Assembly (NCBI GenBank): GCA_042850255.1
Contig: AP031373.1
Coordinates: 300,001 to 332,000, forward strand
Reading direction: 5' to 3'
Length of the DNA stretch: 32,000 nucleotides
Source: Nanobdellota archaeon
GTDB lineage: Archaea > Nanobdellota > Nanobdellia > Nanobdellales > Nanobdellaceae
The notes beneath the pieces are model-generated. The model searched no databases. It was given only the letters and a program-made list of their open reading frames with translations, and was not told the DNA's origin. A program made the position numbers and the translations under genes. Numbering within the stretch: position 1 is the stretch's first letter; each line of letters begins with the position of its first letter. Positions 22,993 through 29,900 of the stretch are shown in pieces.

Positions 22993-23307
22993 ATGTCTAT
23001 GATTAGGATAAAAATGTGGGGTACTGATTTAAAAACTTTGAATCAATTTACAGAACAATTACTAAAAATTATAGAGCAATTAGGTATAGAAAAAAGAGGA
23101 CCTGTTAACTTACCAACAAAAATAATTAGAGTACCAACTATGAGAACATTGGGAAAGAGAGGAACTAAAATATATGAAACATATCAATTAAGAATTTATA
23201 GAAGATTTATAGATGTAGCAAATGATGAGAGATTCTTTAAAAATTATTTCATAAATATGCAAATACCTTCTAGAGGTTTTAGAATATCTCTAAAAATTTT
23301 GAAATAA
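22993..23307 (+). CDS. rps10: Ribosomal protein uS10
   Basis: 'IRIKMWGTDLKTLNQFTEQLLKIIEQLGIEKRGPVNLPTKIIRVPTMR...YQLRIYRRFIDV' matches the uS10 pattern (RIkL...d...Ld......a...g....GPiPLPTk ... e.R.hkRlIDi). Length is 104 aa. Confidence 0.85.
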   Translation: MSMIRIKMWGTDLKTLNQFTEQLLKIIEQLGIEKRGPVNLPTKIIRVPTMRTLGKRGTKIYETYQLRIYRRFIDVANDERFFKNYFINMQIPSRGFRISLKILK

Positions 23308-23337
23308 TTATATAAATATTTTTTAGATATATTTGAT

Positions 23338-24324
23338 ATGAGCTATTTATTATTAAGATATAATGGATTATATATATTTGATAATAATTTAGAAAATTAT
23401 CAATTTAAACAAATAGATTTGGATATTGAAGATCTTAAAAAAATATATCAAAATAAATTACCGGATAAAGTAAAAGAATTTGTTAATAAAGATGATATAT
23501 TTATTGGTCAAAGATTTGATGGATATAAATTTACAGATGATATTGGTATTATAAGAAAAGTTTTGGAAAAAATAAAAGAAGAAAAATATAATAATGAATT
23601 ACTTATTGATTTATTAAAAGAACAAATTTCAGATTCTATAAGTAAAGACGAATTAATAATTCAGGCTATTAATTTTTTGGATGATCTAAATAAAGCAATT
23701 AACTTATTTATTGAAAGATTTAGAGAATGGTATGGATTATATTTTCCTGAAATATCACAAAAAATTGAAGATCATGAGAAGTTTATAAAAACAATATTAG
23801 ATAAAAGGAGGGAAGAATTGATGGAAAAATATAATATTAAAAATACAATGGGTGGAAAAATATTTGAAGAAAATGATATAAGAATATTAAATTATATAGC
23901 AAATAAAATAAAAGATCTATATGATTTAAGGAAAGAAATAGAAGATTATATTGAAAAGTTAATGAGAGAAGTTGCTCCTAATTTATCAGAAATTGCTACT
24001 CCAACCATTGGTGCAAGATTGATTGCATTAGCTGGAGGATTAAAAGAATTATCATTATTACCTTCATCTACAATACAAGTTTTAGGTGCAGAAAAAGCTT
24101 TGTTTTTACATTTAACAAAAGGTATCAAACCACCAAAACATGGAGTAATATTTAATCATCCATATTTACAAAGATTATCTGCAAAAAATAGAGGTGCTAT
24201 GGCTAGAACATTGGCATCCAAAATTGCAATAGCAGCAAGGGTAGATGCAACTGATAAAAAAATAGTATATGATAGATTAAAGAAAGAGCTTGAAGAAAGA
24301 TTTAATGAATTATCCAAAAAATGA
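23338..24324 (+). CDS. nop5: Nop5 (Nop56/58) C/D box sRNP core protein
   Basis: The Nop domain block 'VAPNLSEIATPTIGARLIALAGGLKELSLLPSSTIQVLGAEKALFLHL...PKHGVIFNHPYL' is present. A 4-nt overlap links it to the fibrillarin gene downstream, which is the conserved archaeal gene pair. Confidence 0.9.
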   Translation: MSYLLLRYNGLYIFDNNLENYQFKQIDLDIEDLKKIYQNKLPDKVKEFVNKDDIFIGQRFDGYKFTDDIGIIRKVLEKIKEEKYNNELLIDLLKEQISDSISKDELIIQAINFLDDLNKAINLFIERFREWYGLYFPEISQKIEDHEKFIKTILDKRREELMEKYNIKNTMGGKIFEENDIRILNYIANKIKDLYDLRKEIEDYIEKLMREVAPNLSEIATPTIGARLIALAGGLKELSLLPSSTIQVLGAEKALFLHLTKGIKPPKHGVIFNHPYLQRLSAKNRGAMARTLASKIAIAARVDATDKKIVYDRLKKELEERFNELSKK

Positions 24325-24995
24325 AGATAAAACCATTAAGGGAAAATAATAGAATATTTATTGATGAAAGAGGAAGATTATATACAAAAAATCTAGTACC
24401 TGGAAAAAGAGTTTATGAGGAAAGATTAGTAAAATATAATAAAGAGGAATATAGAGAATGGATTGCAGATAGATCAAAATTAGCGGCAGCGATAAAGAAA
24501 AATATTGGGGAAGTTCCTATAAAAGAAGAGGATAAAATATTATATTTAGGAATTGCCGCAGGTACTACAGCATCACATGTTTCTGACATAATAGGAGAAA
24601 AAGGAATTATATTTGGAGTAGATGTTGCTCCAAGGATATTAAGGGAACTAGTTCCTATACTTTATGATAGAAAAAATATAATAACATTATTATCTGATGC
24701 AGATAAACCTGAAAGTTATTTACATATTGTAACTAAAGTAGATATTTTATATCAAGATGTTGCACAACCTCATCAAGTAAGAATATTTATTAAAAACATA
24801 GAATATTATTTAAAAAATAAAGGTTATGGATTTTTAGCAGTAAAAGCAAGATCTATTGATGTATCTAAGAATCCTAAAGAAATATTTAATGAAGTAAGAA
24901 AAGATCTAGAAAATTATGGATTAAAAATAATTAAAGAAGTTAGATTAGATCCTTATCATAAAGATCATGCTATGTTCTTAGTACAAAATAAATAA
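24321..24995 (+). CDS. flpA: Fibrillarin, rRNA/tRNA 2'-O-methyltransferase
   Basis: 'VPGKRVYEERLVKYNKEEYREW...SKLAAAI' is followed by the SAM-binding motif 'ILYLGIAAGTTASHVSDI' and 'DVAQPHQ'. Length is 224 aa. Confidence 0.9.
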   Translation: MKIKPLRENNRIFIDERGRLYTKNLVPGKRVYEERLVKYNKEEYREWIADRSKLAAAIKKNIGEVPIKEEDKILYLGIAAGTTASHVSDIIGEKGIIFGVDVAPRILRELVPILYDRKNIITLLSDADKPESYLHIVTKVDILYQDVAQPHQVRIFIKNIEYYLKNKGYGFLAVKARSIDVSKNPKEIFNEVRKDLENYGLKIIKEVRLDPYHKDHAMFLVQNK

Positions 24996-25044
24996 TCTTT
25001 AGAATTTATGTTAAAAATTTAAAGGATATTATTAAAAAATTTTT

Positions 25045-25665
25045 ATGGATAATGAATTGGAAAATACATATAATATAGTTGAAAAAACAGAAGAATCATT
25101 GAAAAGTATTTCACATATGTCTGATTCAGAAAAGACATCTCAATATAATAAACTTATTAGTGATAATGTAAATTCAGGTTTATCTAGATTATTAGAAGGA
25201 TTAAGTAAATCAGTAAATATTGATGTATATTTAAATTCATCTATGCTACATTTAAAAGAAGTAGAAAAGATAATTGAAATGTCAAAAAAAGAATCTTTTA
25301 TTGTTTTTTTGGATAATTATTTGAAATATAGGTTATTAGAATTTGGTATAAAACTTGCAGAGGAGACTAAAAATAATAATTCAAATAGTAAAAAATTATC
25401 GATATCTTTAAGAATTTGGAAGGATATAATAGAAAGTCCCGAACAATTTACACAATATTTTGAATATAAATTCATAAGAAAAAAGTCTAATTATTCAGAT
25501 TATCTATTTGAATATTTAGATGTAGATAATAATGTAAAAGGTTATATGAAAAAATTAGAGGATTATATAGATTCTGCTATAAAAACATATATTGAAGAAC
25601 TTAGTAAAATAAAAGGAAGAGAAAGGGTAATAGAGGATATATTATGGTATAGAATTTCTAAATAA
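25045..25665 (+). CDS. Hypothetical protein (predicted helical, no recognisable motif)
   Basis: This is a 206-aa open frame in stop-rich DNA, on the same strand as the flanking genes. I could not recognise any family signature. Confidence 0.5.
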   Translation: MDNELENTYNIVEKTEESLKSISHMSDSEKTSQYNKLISDNVNSGLSRLLEGLSKSVNIDVYLNSSMLHLKEVEKIIEMSKKESFIVFLDNYLKYRLLEFGIKLAEETKNNNSNSKKLSISLRIWKDIIESPEQFTQYFEYKFIRKKSNYSDYLFEYLDVDNNVKGYMKKLEDYIDSAIKTYIEELSKIKGRERVIEDILWYRISK

Positions 25666-25864
25666 TACTATATAAATATTTTTTAACGTGTAGAATGGAT
25701 AAGTGGTTCTATTTATAAGATTTTCCAATTATGATTATTATTCTATTTATAAATCTTATATATAAAGTTTTCTGTTAAAATTTTTCACCATATATTATAC
25801 GCTTTTGATAAATATAAGTTTTACTATTCTACCTTTTTAAAAATATCTATATATTTACCATAAA

Positions 25865-26134
25865 ATGCTAAGGGCAATTAGAAAAGAAGGAAGAAATGGT
25901 ATGTTATTATTCATATGTCCATTATGTGGACATGTGTTTGTAAATAGTAAAAAATATAGCAAGCATTTAATAAAATCTCATTTAAGAAATTCAAGTATGA
26001 ATAAAAGAAAAATGAAGAAATTATATAAAAGATTAATAGTAATAAATGTAAAAGAAGAAAATAATATTCCATTAGATAAATATGAAAAATTTTTAAAACT
26101 AAAAGCAAAGTTAAATAACATAAAATTAGAATAG
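25865..26134 (+). CDS. Small C2H2 zinc-finger protein with a basic tail
   Basis: 'CPLCGHVFVNSKKYSKHLIKSH' fits C-x2-C-x12-H-x4-H. It is followed by a Lys/Arg-rich region (MNKRKMKKLYKR). The true start may be the internal Met at 25901. Confidence 0.55.
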   Translation: MLRAIRKEGRNGMLLFICPLCGHVFVNSKKYSKHLIKSHLRNSSMNKRKMKKLYKRLIVINVKEENNIPLDKYEKFLKLKAKLNNIKLE

Positions 26135-26346
26135 TTTTTTATAATAAAAATTTTTAATTTGAAGTTTTCTGATATTATTGTTAGATCATCTTTTTATTTC
26201 ACTGATAGCTATTTTATATAATAAATATTATGTTAAATTAATAGTGAAACTTTTAATAAAATCTTGCACTATAAACTATACAAAAATTTGTAAAATTTGT
26301 CATACAACTAGAAAAATTTTATTAAAAATTTTTCCATATAATAATT

Positions 26347-27624
26347 ATGAATACAAAAAATATATTAGATTTTTTTGAAGAATATAAAGAATTTAAACCA
26401 GAAATAATAGAAAGAGAATTAAAAGTTAATATTAATGAAAAATTTATTATATCAATAATAGGACCTAGAAGAGCTGGTAAAACTTATTATTTACTATCAT
26501 TAAGGAAATACTTTAATAATCCATTGTATTTAAATTTTGAAGATTCTAGATTAATAGGAATAAAATATAATGATTTGAGAGATATAATAAGATTATATAT
26601 AGAAAATTATGGAGAACCTGATATCTTATTATTAGATGAAATACAAAACTTAGAAGGTTGGGAAATAATATTAAGGGAATTACATGATTTAAAGAAATAT
26701 AAAATAGTTATTACAGGTTCTTCTTCTAAATTATTATCAAAAGAAATTGCTACACAATTAAGGGGTAGAACTTTAGGTTATTTATTACTACCATTTTCAT
26801 TTAGAGAATATCTCAAAGCAAAAAAATTTGAATTGAAATACAAAAGTTTAGACAATATATCTAAATTAAAAAATTTATTAAGAGAATATTTAGAATTTGG
26901 CGGATTTCCAGATATTGTTTTATCTGAAGAAAAAATAAAAATATTAAGGGAATATTCTGATTTAATTTTATTTAGGGATTTTATAGAAAGAAATAAAATT
27001 GAAAATATAGATTTAGCAAGATTTTTACATAATTTTGTTTTGCAAAATTTCTCTAATGAAATATCTATTAAATCTATATATGATAAAATAAGAAGTCTAA
27101 ATATAAAAGTACCTAGGGAAAAAGTATATGATTATATTGTAAAATTAGAAGATACAGCATTTTTCTTTTTTCTAAAAAGGTTTTCCCTTAAAGTACACTT
27201 AAGAGAATCTTGGCCAAAAAAGATATATTTATGTGATACAGGTTTGTCAAAAATTGTTAGATTTTCTGAAGATATTGGAAAATTAATGGAAAATACTATT
27301 TTCTTAGAACTATTAAGAAATACAAATATTAATCCGTTAATAGAAATCTATTACTTTAAAACTTCTAATTATGAAATAGATTTTTTAATTAAAGAAGGTA
27401 ATAAAATTACTAAATTAATTAATGTTAGTTATGTTAATAATTTTGATGAAATAGATAAAAGAGAAATTAGATCATTAATACATGGATATGATTTATTTAA
27501 AGAACATAATCCAGAATTGATAATTATTACTTGGGATTATGAAGATGAGAAAGAAATATCATGGTTTAATAAAAAAGGAAAAATTAAATTTATTCCTTTA
27601 TGGAAATGGGTATTGAATATTTAA
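26347..27624 (+). CDS. AAA+ ATPase of the COG1373 type (AAA_14 plus DUF4143-like C-terminal domain), paralog 1
   Basis: Walker A is 'IIGPRRAGKTY' and Walker B is 'LLLDEIQNLEGWE'. 'ITGSSSKLLSKEIATQLRGR' and 'GGFPD' are present. The C-terminal 'YEIDFLIKEGNK' block resembles a PD-(D/E)xK-type E-x-D...K motif. Length is 425 aa. Confidence 0.8.
   Translation: MNTKNILDFFEEYKEFKPEIIERELKVNINEKFIISIIGPRRAGKTYYLLSLRKYFNNPLYLNFEDSRLIGIKYNDLRDIIRLYIENYGEPDILLLDEIQNLEGWEIILRELHDLKKYKIVITGSSSKLLSKEIATQLRGRTLGYLLLPFSFREYLKAKKFELKYKSLDNISKLKNLLREYLEFGGFPDIVLSEEKIKILREYSDLILFRDFIERNKIENIDLARFLHNFVLQNFSNEISIKSIYDKIRSLNIKVPREKVYDYIVKLEDTAFFFFLKRFSLKVHLRESWPKKIYLCDTGLSKIVRFSEDIGKLMENTIFLELLRNTNINPLIEIYYFKTSNYEIDFLIKEGNKITKLINVSYVNNFDEIDKREIRSLIHGYDLFKEHNPELIIITWDYEDEKEISWFNKKGKIKFIPLWKWVLNI
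26711..26765 (+). repeat. 55-nt block 100% identical to 30271-30325 (paralog 1 vs paralog 3)
   Basis: ttacaggttcttcttctaaattattatcaaaagaaattgctacacaattaagggg is identical in both copies by direct comparison. The flanking bases differ immediately on both sides. Confidence 0.9.
27371..27624 (+). repeat. 3'-terminal cassette of paralog 1, about 92% identical to 30931-31187
   Basis: My hand alignment found about 21 mismatches in ~250 nt, including a 60-nt perfect stretch (27411-27470 = 30971-31030). Sequence just upstream of the cassette is much more divergent. Confidence 0.85.
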
Positions 27625-28006
27625 TTTATTTAATATAAATTCTCTTATATTTTCTGCTATATCAATTGCTTCCTTAGCATCTTCTTCAGTTAAATTTTCT
27701 GTAGTAGATATATCATATCTCGTTAAAATGGAATAGTTAGAAAGTTTGTCTAAATTTAAATTTTCTAGTTTTTCAAAATCTTTATCAATCTTTATATATT
27801 CTAGTAAAAGAAATTTTAAATTATGGGTTTTGTGTTTTTTTAGGATCAAACATATCTTTTTCTATTAGAAAAGCTTTAAAAAATAATTCAACTGATTGTT
27901 GAGCCCAGAAGCAGGAACTTCTATATAATTTTATTTCGTAATTCTTTTTAGCTATATTTAAATCGTCTTCTGCTAATTTTAAATATTCATAAGCATCAGA
28001 TTTCAT
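27598..28006 (-). pseudogene. HEPN-domain protein (toxin partner of the adjacent MNT) split by a +1 frameshift in an A7 run
   Basis: The N-terminal ORF (27821-28006) reads '...SSCFWAQQSVELFFKAFLIEKDMFDPKKTQNP*'. The C-terminal ORF (27598-27849) continues '(I)LKKHKTHNLKFLL...LTRYD...EEDAKEAIDIAENI'. These are the HEPN blocks A.QA.Ek.lKA.L....kTHnL..L and RY. The two frames meet at the coding-strand A7 run (plus-strand T7, 27835-27841). An A6 run would give a continuous ~135-aa HEPN protein. Confidence 0.65.
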
Positions 28007-28350
28007 TTTAATACTATTCCTTCTTTATCTGCCCAATAATAAATATAACCTTTATATTTTATTTTTTCTTTATATATATCTACGCTAGTTATTATGATAT
28101 CTACAGGAGAATCTAAAGCAGTAATTAAATATTTATTTAATTCAGAATAAAACTTCCAAAAAATACCATCTTCTAATTTATCTTCGGTTATTATTAATAT
28201 ATCCCAATCTGAATCTTCTCTATAATCTCCTCTAGCTCTAGAACCAAATAAAATTATTTTATTTATTTTAATATTATAATTATTGGCAGTATTTAAATAA
28301 TTTGTTTGATTTTATTCAATATTTCGGATTGCATTAATTTTTGGCTCCAT
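28003..28350 (-). pseudogene. Minimal nucleotidyltransferase (MNT, antitoxin partner of HEPN) with an in-frame TAA at codon 13
   Basis: Hand translation from the ATG at 28350 gives MEPKINAIRNIE*NQTNYLNTANNYNIKINKIILFGSRARGDYREDSDWDILIITEDKL...DIIITSVDIYKEKIKYKGYIYYWADKEGIVLK*. The nucleotidyltransferase signature G-S-x9-D-x-D is intact. The stop lies at 28312-28314, and no ATG, GTG or TTG follows it. The terminal TGA overlaps the HEPN ATG (an ATGA overlap at 28003-28006). Confidence 0.65.
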
Positions 28351-28464
28351 AATATTATATTTTTCTTTATAATAATTTATGATTTTCTAAGAATAATCTA
28401 AAGTATATTATTTTTTATATTATACTGAACCAAATTAATAAAATTTTATATACTATAGTATAAT

Positions 28465-29760
28465 ATGTATGAGGAGTTGATATTAGATCATCAAGAACTG
28501 GCTAAGGAAATATTGGATGATAAAACTTTAATAGAAAGAGAAATACCGAAAAATGAATTACTTAAATATATAAATTATCCCAATATATTGTCAATACTGG
28601 GAGTTAGGAGATCTGGTAAGACAATATTATCTTTACAGTTAGTAAAAGATAAAAATTTTATATATATAAATTTCGATGATGAAAGATTAATTAACTCAGA
28701 TCAAAATATATTTAATGAATTGTTAAAAGATATATATAAAATAAAAGATCCTGAAATAATAATATTTGACGAAATACAAAATGTAAAAGGATGGGAACTA
28801 TTTTTAAATAGATTAAGATATAATAAAAAGATTATTATAACTGGATCGAATTCTAAATTATTAAGTTCTGAATTATCTACTCATTTAACTGGTAGGCATA
28901 TAGATTTTATTCTATATCCATTTTCATTTAGAGAACATTTATTGTATAAAGGAATAAACATTAAAAGTTATTATTCTACGATAGAAGAAGTAAATATAAA
29001 AAAAGAATTAGAGGATTATTTATATTTTGGAGGATTCCCAGAAAGATATAAATTTGGAAAAAGATATTTAAAAACAATATTTGATGATATAGTAAATAAA
29101 GATATTATAATAAGGGGAAAAATTAAAAAGATAGAAGAATTAAATAAATTAGTAGAATATTTGGTTTCAAACATATCTAATAATATTTCTATAAGAAAGA
29201 TAGAAAATAATCTAAGATTACATAGATATACTATAGAAAATTGGTTAAAATTAATAGAAAATTCCTTTTTAATTTTTTATTTAGAGAAATTTGATATAAA
29301 TTTGTGGGAAAGGATAAAATCGTCAAAAAAAGTATATATAATAGATAATGGTCTATATAATGTTGCTGGGTTAAAAATATCCGAAAATATTGGAAAATTA
29401 ATGGAGAATTTAGTATATATAGAATTAATTAGAAGAAAAAATTATTGGGATAATGATATAGAAATATATTTTTATAGGGATAATAATAAAAGAGAAATAG
29501 ACTTTTTAATAAAGAAAAGAGATAAAATAATACAATTAATACAAGTTACATACTCAAATTCTTTTGAAGATATAAAAGATAGAGAATGGAAAAATTTATT
29601 ATTAGTTTATGATTATATAAGAAAATATAATCAGAATCCAGAATTGATAATTATTACCTGGGATTATGAAGATGAAAAAAATATTTCATGGTTCAATAAA
29701 AAAGGAAAAATTAAATTTATACCTTTATATAAATGGTTATTGAATATCCAAAATTTTTAG
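28465..29760 (+). CDS. AAA+ ATPase of the COG1373 type, paralog 2
   Basis: Walker A is 'LGVRRSGKT' and Walker B is 'IIFDEIQNVKGWE'. 'ITGSNSKLLSSELSTHLTGR', 'GGFPE' and 'REIDFLIKKRDK' are present. Length is 431 aa. It shares only its last ~115 nt at high nucleotide identity with paralogs 1 and 3. Confidence 0.8.
   Translation: MYEELILDHQELAKEILDDKTLIEREIPKNELLKYINYPNILSILGVRRSGKTILSLQLVKDKNFIYINFDDERLINSDQNIFNELLKDIYKIKDPEIIIFDEIQNVKGWELFLNRLRYNKKIIITGSNSKLLSSELSTHLTGRHIDFILYPFSFREHLLYKGINIKSYYSTIEEVNIKKELEDYLYFGGFPERYKFGKRYLKTIFDDIVNKDIIIRGKIKKIEELNKLVEYLVSNISNNISIRKIENNLRLHRYTIENWLKLIENSFLIFYLEKFDINLWERIKSSKKVYIIDNGLYNVAGLKISENIGKLMENLVYIELIRRKNYWDNDIEIYFYRDNNKREIDFLIKKRDKIIQLIQVTYSNSFEDIKDREWKNLLLVYDYIRKYNQNPELIIITWDYEDEKNISWFNKKGKIKFIPLYKWLLNIQNF
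29635..29748 (+). repeat. Shorter copy of the same 3' cassette in paralog 2
   Basis: 'aatccagaattgataattattacctgggattatgaagatgaaaaa...ggaaaaattaaatttatacctttat' matches the last ~115 nt of paralogs 1 and 3 with few mismatches. It encodes NPELIIITWDYEDEK.ISWFNKKGKIKFIPL.KWLLNI. Confidence 0.8.
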
Positions 29761-29900
29761 AAATTATAAAATTAAATAAAGAAACTTTGTACAAGTTTTA
29801 TTTATAGGATATTAAAGTTCTATGTAATTTCCTAAAAATTTATACAATTGTATATTATAGAGTACCAAAAATTATAAATTTTGGTATCCTATATTATACT

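Noticed and set aside
1486-26108. The many 60-90-aa ORFs in the track that lie antisense to or inside long genes: 1486-1689, 4973-5209, 8357-8548, 8392-8586, 11702-11896, 13844-14104, 14441-14650, 14898-15113, 16567-16818, 17440-17625, 17882-18166, 17899-18288, 19407-19613, 22165-22383, 23946-24128 and 25911-26108
   Set aside because: Each is nested within a much longer gene on the opposite strand (or in another frame) that has clear family motifs. Their translations are L/F/I/Y-rich low-complexity strings with no motifs, and they look like shadow ORFs.
26178-26378. A 66-aa ORF with a TTG start, upstream of and overlapping ATPase paralog 1
   Set aside because: It has a non-ATG start and a low-complexity sequence, and it overlaps the promoter region and 5' end of the ATPase gene. 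There are no motifs apart from incidental cysteines.
28381-28426. A possible C/D box sRNA (atgatttt ... ctga) in the spacer before ATPase paralog 2. Similar checks were made of the other spacers near nop5 and fibrillarin.
   Set aside because: The C-box candidate deviates from RUGAUGA at two positions. I could not find C'/D' boxes or a terminal stem, and none of the other spacers contained a clean RUGAUGA ... CUGA pair.
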